Shown here: positions 60,310-64,000 of the stretch, piece after piece
Position numbering within the stretch: the first letter of the stretch is position 1
Layout of the letters: each line of letters starts with the position of its first letter
Origin: Pelagomonas calceolata
Lineage: Eukaryota
DNA: 64,000 nt
Direction: 5' to 3'
Assembly: GCA_918797485.1 (NCBI GenBank)
Contig: CAKKNE010000001.1
Coordinates: 1,612,001 to 1,676,000 of the forward strand
Program-made: the position numbers and the translations under genes
The notes under the pieces: generated by a model
What the model was told of the DNA's origin: nothing
What the model saw: only the letters and a program-made list of their open reading frames with translations
The model's database searches: none

Positions 60310-60792
60310 ATGATTGCAGCCCTGAGTCGCACGGCCGCACGCGCAACAGCGCCGCGCTGCGCCGCCGCACACATTACCGCATGGCGCGCCTCCTCCACGG
60401 CTGCGACAAAGGTCCTGCACCGCGACCCCGAAACGCCCGCGCCCGCGTCGGGCGGCGACCGCTTCGCAATTGTCCGCCTGGGCGGCACGCAGTACAAAAT
60501 TACGAAAGACGACGTTATCGTCGCGGAGAAGCTCGACGTCCAGGTCGGCGCGGACTTGGTCATAGACGAGGTCCTGCTCGTCGGCAGCGAGGCGGCGACG
60601 GTCGTCGGGCGGCCGACGGTGCCGCGCGCGACGGTGACCTGCGCCGTCGAGGAGCAGACGCGCGACGCCAAGGTCGTCGTCTTTAAGAAGCGACGGCGCC
60701 AGAATTCGCGGCGGCGCAACGGGCATAGGAGACACGTGACGCTGCTGCGCGTTTTAGACATCGACGCTGGGGACGGTTCAGACGTAGTTTAA
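60310..60792 (+). CDS. MRPL21: Mitochondrial ribosomal protein bL21
   Basis: FAIVRLGGTQYKIT, EVLLVG, VGRPTV, KVVVFKKRRRQNSRRRNGHRR; Arg/Ala-rich presequence. Confidence 0.9.
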   Translation: MIAALSRTAARATAPRCAAAHITAWRASSTAATKVLHRDPETPAPASGGDRFAIVRLGGTQYKITKDDVIVAEKLDVQVGADLVIDEVLLVGSEAATVVGRPTVPRATVTCAVEEQTRDAKVVVFKKRRRQNSRRRNGHRRHVTLLRVLDIDAGDGSDVV

Positions 60793-62711
60793 ACAACATA
60801 GTTAGGGTACTCCCCGTCGCCCCCCAGCAGCCCGGCCGTCCTATCTAGTTTCCGCAGGAACGTCCAGTGCTTCTTTGCGAGTGGCGACGCGGTCCTCTCG
60901 TGTAACGCCCGCAGCCCCGCGTCCTTCTCTAAGGTTGATCTAGGCCCGCACTCCTGACCACAATCGTAGGGCGGCCAGACCCGGTACCATCCGCTATTCA
61001 CATGAGCGGTCGCATGCGCCGATCGCATTAACACGGATTTCTCCCACTCAGTACATCCTTCGCTCTCACAGAAGTCATTTAACCGCTCCTCCAGGATCTT
61101 TTGGTACTTGTGAGAGTTGGGAAACTCGTCCACCCCACTCATCTGGAGCCAGGCCTCCGTGTAGCCCTCGTCGACGTGAAACGAGGAACCGCCGTCGTCG
61201 ACACCCAATTGGAACAGCCCATTCGTGTTGATCTCCTCGAGCGTCCACGTTTTTGCGTCGGCGTCGTAGATGACGTCCGGCGAGACGAGAGCCACCCGGT
61301 GGTACTTCCTCGAGAGGTCCCCGTCGAACTCGCCATAAATACGAGCTTCGTGCTTATGTAGAGCGGGCTTTGCGAGTAGTAGAGGCCGCATGATCAACGC
61401 TTCTAACTCAGGCCACAAGCGTTCCTGCCACTCGCGCCAAGCTTCCTCGCCTCCTAACAGATCATTGTCGTCAAGCCTCAAATTCTCGAAGAAGCTCCTG
61501 CCCCCAACCTTGCCGTGGACGTCGGGCCGCGTCACGCCCGGGTACTGGTAGGGGTACATATGTCGAGCGTTGATCTTCTTCACACAAACTTCTGCCGCCA
61601 TTAATTGGACGTGCATGCACTTCTCGTTTACTGTTGAGGCATTGGCGGGAAAGTCCCACGCCGTATAGTCCACTACGCTTATTTTGGGGAAGGCCACGTC
61701 GAGCATGAAGACTGTTAAAGGTTCCAGCGACGTGATGAGGACCCAAACTCGCAAATCGAACTTCCGCTTATCCAAGCGAGCGGGCCTTGCTACGTATTGC
61801 TGGAGCGTGAACTCGCCCGGTTGCTTCGTGCGGTAATGTGGTAGCTTTTCTTCGACGGGCACCTCCTTGGACAGCCACGAAGCTAGGGTATCTAGTGATG
61901 CAGCATCACTCTCCCGTAGGACAGCGAGGTGCATGCCTAGAGATAAATACCTTCTCTGAGGTTTCACGATCCACGCCGACGGCGTGTCCACGATATCAAA
62001 AAACGCCTGGGCGCCGCCTTCCACCGCTAGTTGCGGTCCTACATCGGTCATCTTGTGCACCGCATTGATAGCGGGCCTCGTGAAACTGCAAATTTTTTGT
62101 TTCTCGCCATCAGTTATAGGTAGGGAAGCTACCTGTTGAGCACAGTTGGACCATAATCTCGCGAAGGCCTCCTTATCCCCAAAAACTTCTTTGAGGCCCG
62201 GTATTGATGTTATCAAGGCACCTTCGGGAGCCACTAAATAGTTCTTTTCGTAGTCGGGCTTGAACTGCAGGCCCACATAGACGTTCCAGTCCATGTACTT
62301 CGTCTGGAGCAGTCCCAACTTTTTTAGCATTGGAGCCACAAAGTTCTCCAGGTCCTTGCGCGGTCCTACTCTGAATCTCCGCCACTTGTTGACAGGTTTT
62401 TGTATTGTATTTTTGACGTATCGTCCCTGGCGATTGAAGGGCCAGCAATGTGCGGCCTTGAGTTCATTTGTTGGTGAGGCGGTGGGCGCGGGCGTCCGCT
62501 TCTTCTTCTTGTGTCTTCTATGATGTTTCTTGGTGTGGTTCTTCCTGCCCGTGTGCGTGTGCGGCTTCTCCGGCGTCGGCGCCGGCGTCGGCTCCTGGCT
62601 GAGCAAGTGGGTGATCATAAAAACCCAGGCCAGCACGAGGGCCAGCGCGAGCGCCGACACGCAGCGCGTGCTCACGCCGCGGCGCTTGCGCCTGTTCATA
62701 TGTCGTGGCAT
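60789..62711 (-). CDS. Tubulin-tyrosine ligase-like (ATP-grasp) protein with N-terminal signal anchor
   Basis: WIVKP, QQYVARP, KFDLRVWVL, PDVI, LEEINT; TM segment SALALALVLAWVFMITHLL near the N-terminus. Confidence 0.8.
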   Translation of the reverse strand: MPRHMNRRKRRGVSTRCVSALALALVLAWVFMITHLLSQEPTPAPTPEKPHTHTGRKNHTKKHHRRHKKKKRTPAPTASPTNELKAAHCWPFNRQGRYVKNTIQKPVNKWRRFRVGPRKDLENFVAPMLKKLGLLQTKYMDWNVYVGLQFKPDYEKNYLVAPEGALITSIPGLKEVFGDKEAFARLWSNCAQQVASLPITDGEKQKICSFTRPAINAVHKMTDVGPQLAVEGGAQAFFDIVDTPSAWIVKPQRRYLSLGMHLAVLRESDAASLDTLASWLSKEVPVEEKLPHYRTKQPGEFTLQQYVARPARLDKRKFDLRVWVLITSLEPLTVFMLDVAFPKISVVDYTAWDFPANASTVNEKCMHVQLMAAEVCVKKINARHMYPYQYPGVTRPDVHGKVGGRSFFENLRLDDNDLLGGEEAWREWQERLWPELEALIMRPLLLAKPALHKHEARIYGEFDGDLSRKYHRVALVSPDVIYDADAKTWTLEEINTNGLFQLGVDDGGSSFHVDEGYTEAWLQMSGVDEFPNSHKYQKILEERLNDFCESEGCTEWEKSVLMRSAHATAHVNSGWYRVWPPYDCGQECGPRSTLEKDAGLRALHERTASPLAKKHWTFLRKLDRTAGLLGGDGEYPNYVV

Positions 62712-62958
62712 TGTGTGTTAGCTCGCTCAGTGCTAGCTCTGCTTGCCTGGCTTCCGTGGCCTACGTCTTAGACGAGAGCGGCGAGCCGCAGGAGACTGTT
62801 CATACTACCTCGGCCGAACGCTGCCCATGTGCCGTGCTGCCATGCGGTACGGTCGCAGAAGTGCGCCTCGGTTGCGGGTTAGCTCGCTCGTACCTCCGCG
62901 CGCCTCAATCTCACCGCGCGGGCAGCCTAAACGCATGCAATTTGCTCTGCTTTTTTTG

Positions 62959-62982
62959 GCTAGTGTCTTACTGGCCGCTAGC
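62959..62982 (+). promoter_or_regulatory. CTAG-box element
   Basis: gctagtgtcttactggccgctagc, identical to the 3885 copy, upstream of ATG 62711. Confidence 0.65.
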
Positions 62983-63138
62983 GCGTAAACGCGGGAGCCC
63001 TGGAAGCCGCTCGACTCTGAGCTATGTCACGGCTTTTGCCGCCGACATGGACCTCCTGGGGAGCAGCGCTCGAGCCCCGACGCCGTGGCGGCGGCGCCGG
63101 AGGTCGACGCGCCCCAGCGAAAAACTACACGTGCCCAC

Positions 63139-64000
63139 TTACTCCTCGGGCATGGCACCCGCCGCGGCCGCCCCGCGCGCATACTTCGCCCCTTCGTAGT
63201 CGGGGTCCAGCGCCGAGCCCTCGTCCGCGTACACCACGTCGTCCATCGCCAGCAACTCGACGTGGCCGTCCTTGGACTCGTGGTGCTCTCTCGCTGCCTG
63301 AGCCCCTCTCGCATATTTGGCCCCTTCATAGTCCGGATCGAGACCGTCCGCGTTCGGCAGGACGCCGACCGCACCATCTCCAACATTTCGACCCGACACC
63401 GTGCGGTCGATCTTGCTCTCCTCTTTACTCTCACTCGACAGATCCAATTCGCCCTTGCCCGCCTGTTCGAAGGCGTGGGCGGCCACGATGACCGTGTAGG
63501 CCTTGTGCCACCGCTTGATGGCCGAAGAACGAGCGGATTTGACCTTCCTTAGTCGGTCCGGCGCGATGTGTTTTTCGACCTCATCAGTCTCATCGTACTT
63601 GACTTCGTAGACGGGACCCACGGGACCCGTCGTCACTTGCGTGACGTGGCCCACGAACTCCAACGCGCTGTCGACATCCCTCACTTTGACCTCATCGCCG
63701 ACCTCGATCGTGTGCCACGCTAGAACTCGCCGACACACATCCAAGAGTACAGATTGGACGTCATCCTCGCCAAAGTCGACCGTGCACATCATGCCGTTGA
63801 TCGCAATGACCACGCCCTCGTAAAACATCCCCTCGACGGGCGCCTGCACGACGTCGCCGCATTGTATAGCGGCGTGGTCCTCCATGGTCGTACTCAAGAC
63901 TTCTTGATCGTACTGCTGTCTTAGTTTTTTCATTAACATGGCTTTCTCTGTATCGGTGTCGCATGACTCAACCTCGGCGTCGTACTGGGCCTTGAGCTTC
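63139..64000 (-). CDS. Tudor-like domain protein, 5' end outside the window
   Basis: Frame stays open to the window edge; two barrel-like units (GDVVQA..FYEGVV..VDFG; GDEVKV..FVGHV..YEVKYD); duplicated LDPDYEGAKYARGA. Confidence 0.65.
   Translation of the reverse strand, partial: KLKAQYDAEVESCDTDTEKAMLMKKLRQQYDQEVLSTTMEDHAAIQCGDVVQAPVEGMFYEGVVIAINGMMCTVDFGEDDVQSVLLDVCRRVLAWHTIEVGDEVKVRDVDSALEFVGHVTQVTTGPVGPVYEVKYDETDEVEKHIAPDRLRKVKSARSSAIKRWHKAYTVIVAAHAFEQAGKGELDLSSESKEESKIDRTVSGRNVGDGAVGVLPNADGLDPDYEGAKYARGAQAAREHHESKDGHVELLAMDDVVYADEGSALDPDYEGAKYARGAAAAGAMPEE

Noticed and set aside
1..64000. tRNA, rRNA or autonomous transposase/retroelement
   Set aside because: No cloverleaf, rRNA-like, DDE or RT motifs recognised by eye; small RNAs could have been missed without a covariance search.

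Overview
Gene-dense, GC-rich eukaryotic nuclear DNA with about 35 compact genes, short spliceosomal introns, and signal-peptide/ASAF-type plastid presequences. The gene content and intron style suggest a stramenopile alga, probably a pelagophyte (Pelagomonas/Aureococcus-like); this is inference. Recognisable housekeeping genes include RPL12, THOC7, UFD2, TIM23, SMT1, an RTEL1-like helicase, kinesin-8, GST, bL21, RluA, an SDR and an OHP/HLIP. No rRNA, tRNA, CRISPR array or autonomous transposase was seen. Main points of interest: (1) a myristoylated protein with near-identical, site-hypervariable WD40 repeats, an MLKL-like four-helix bundle and an intact kinase; (2) a tandem pair of double-anchored VWA surface proteins whose up and down stalk strands are both lengthened by exactly 42 aa in one paralog; (3) a ~24-bp CTAG-N15-CTAG element confined to promoter-side intergenic DNA; (4) at least two families of introner-like introns with TIR/TSD signatures, plus a shared GCGTCGATGGCGT motif; (5) bacterial-type signalling modules (NlpC/P60-CheR fusion, HPt, RelA/SpoT-like-TPR); (6) convergent genes with overlapping stop codons. 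All exon structures were inferred by eye and need RNA confirmation.
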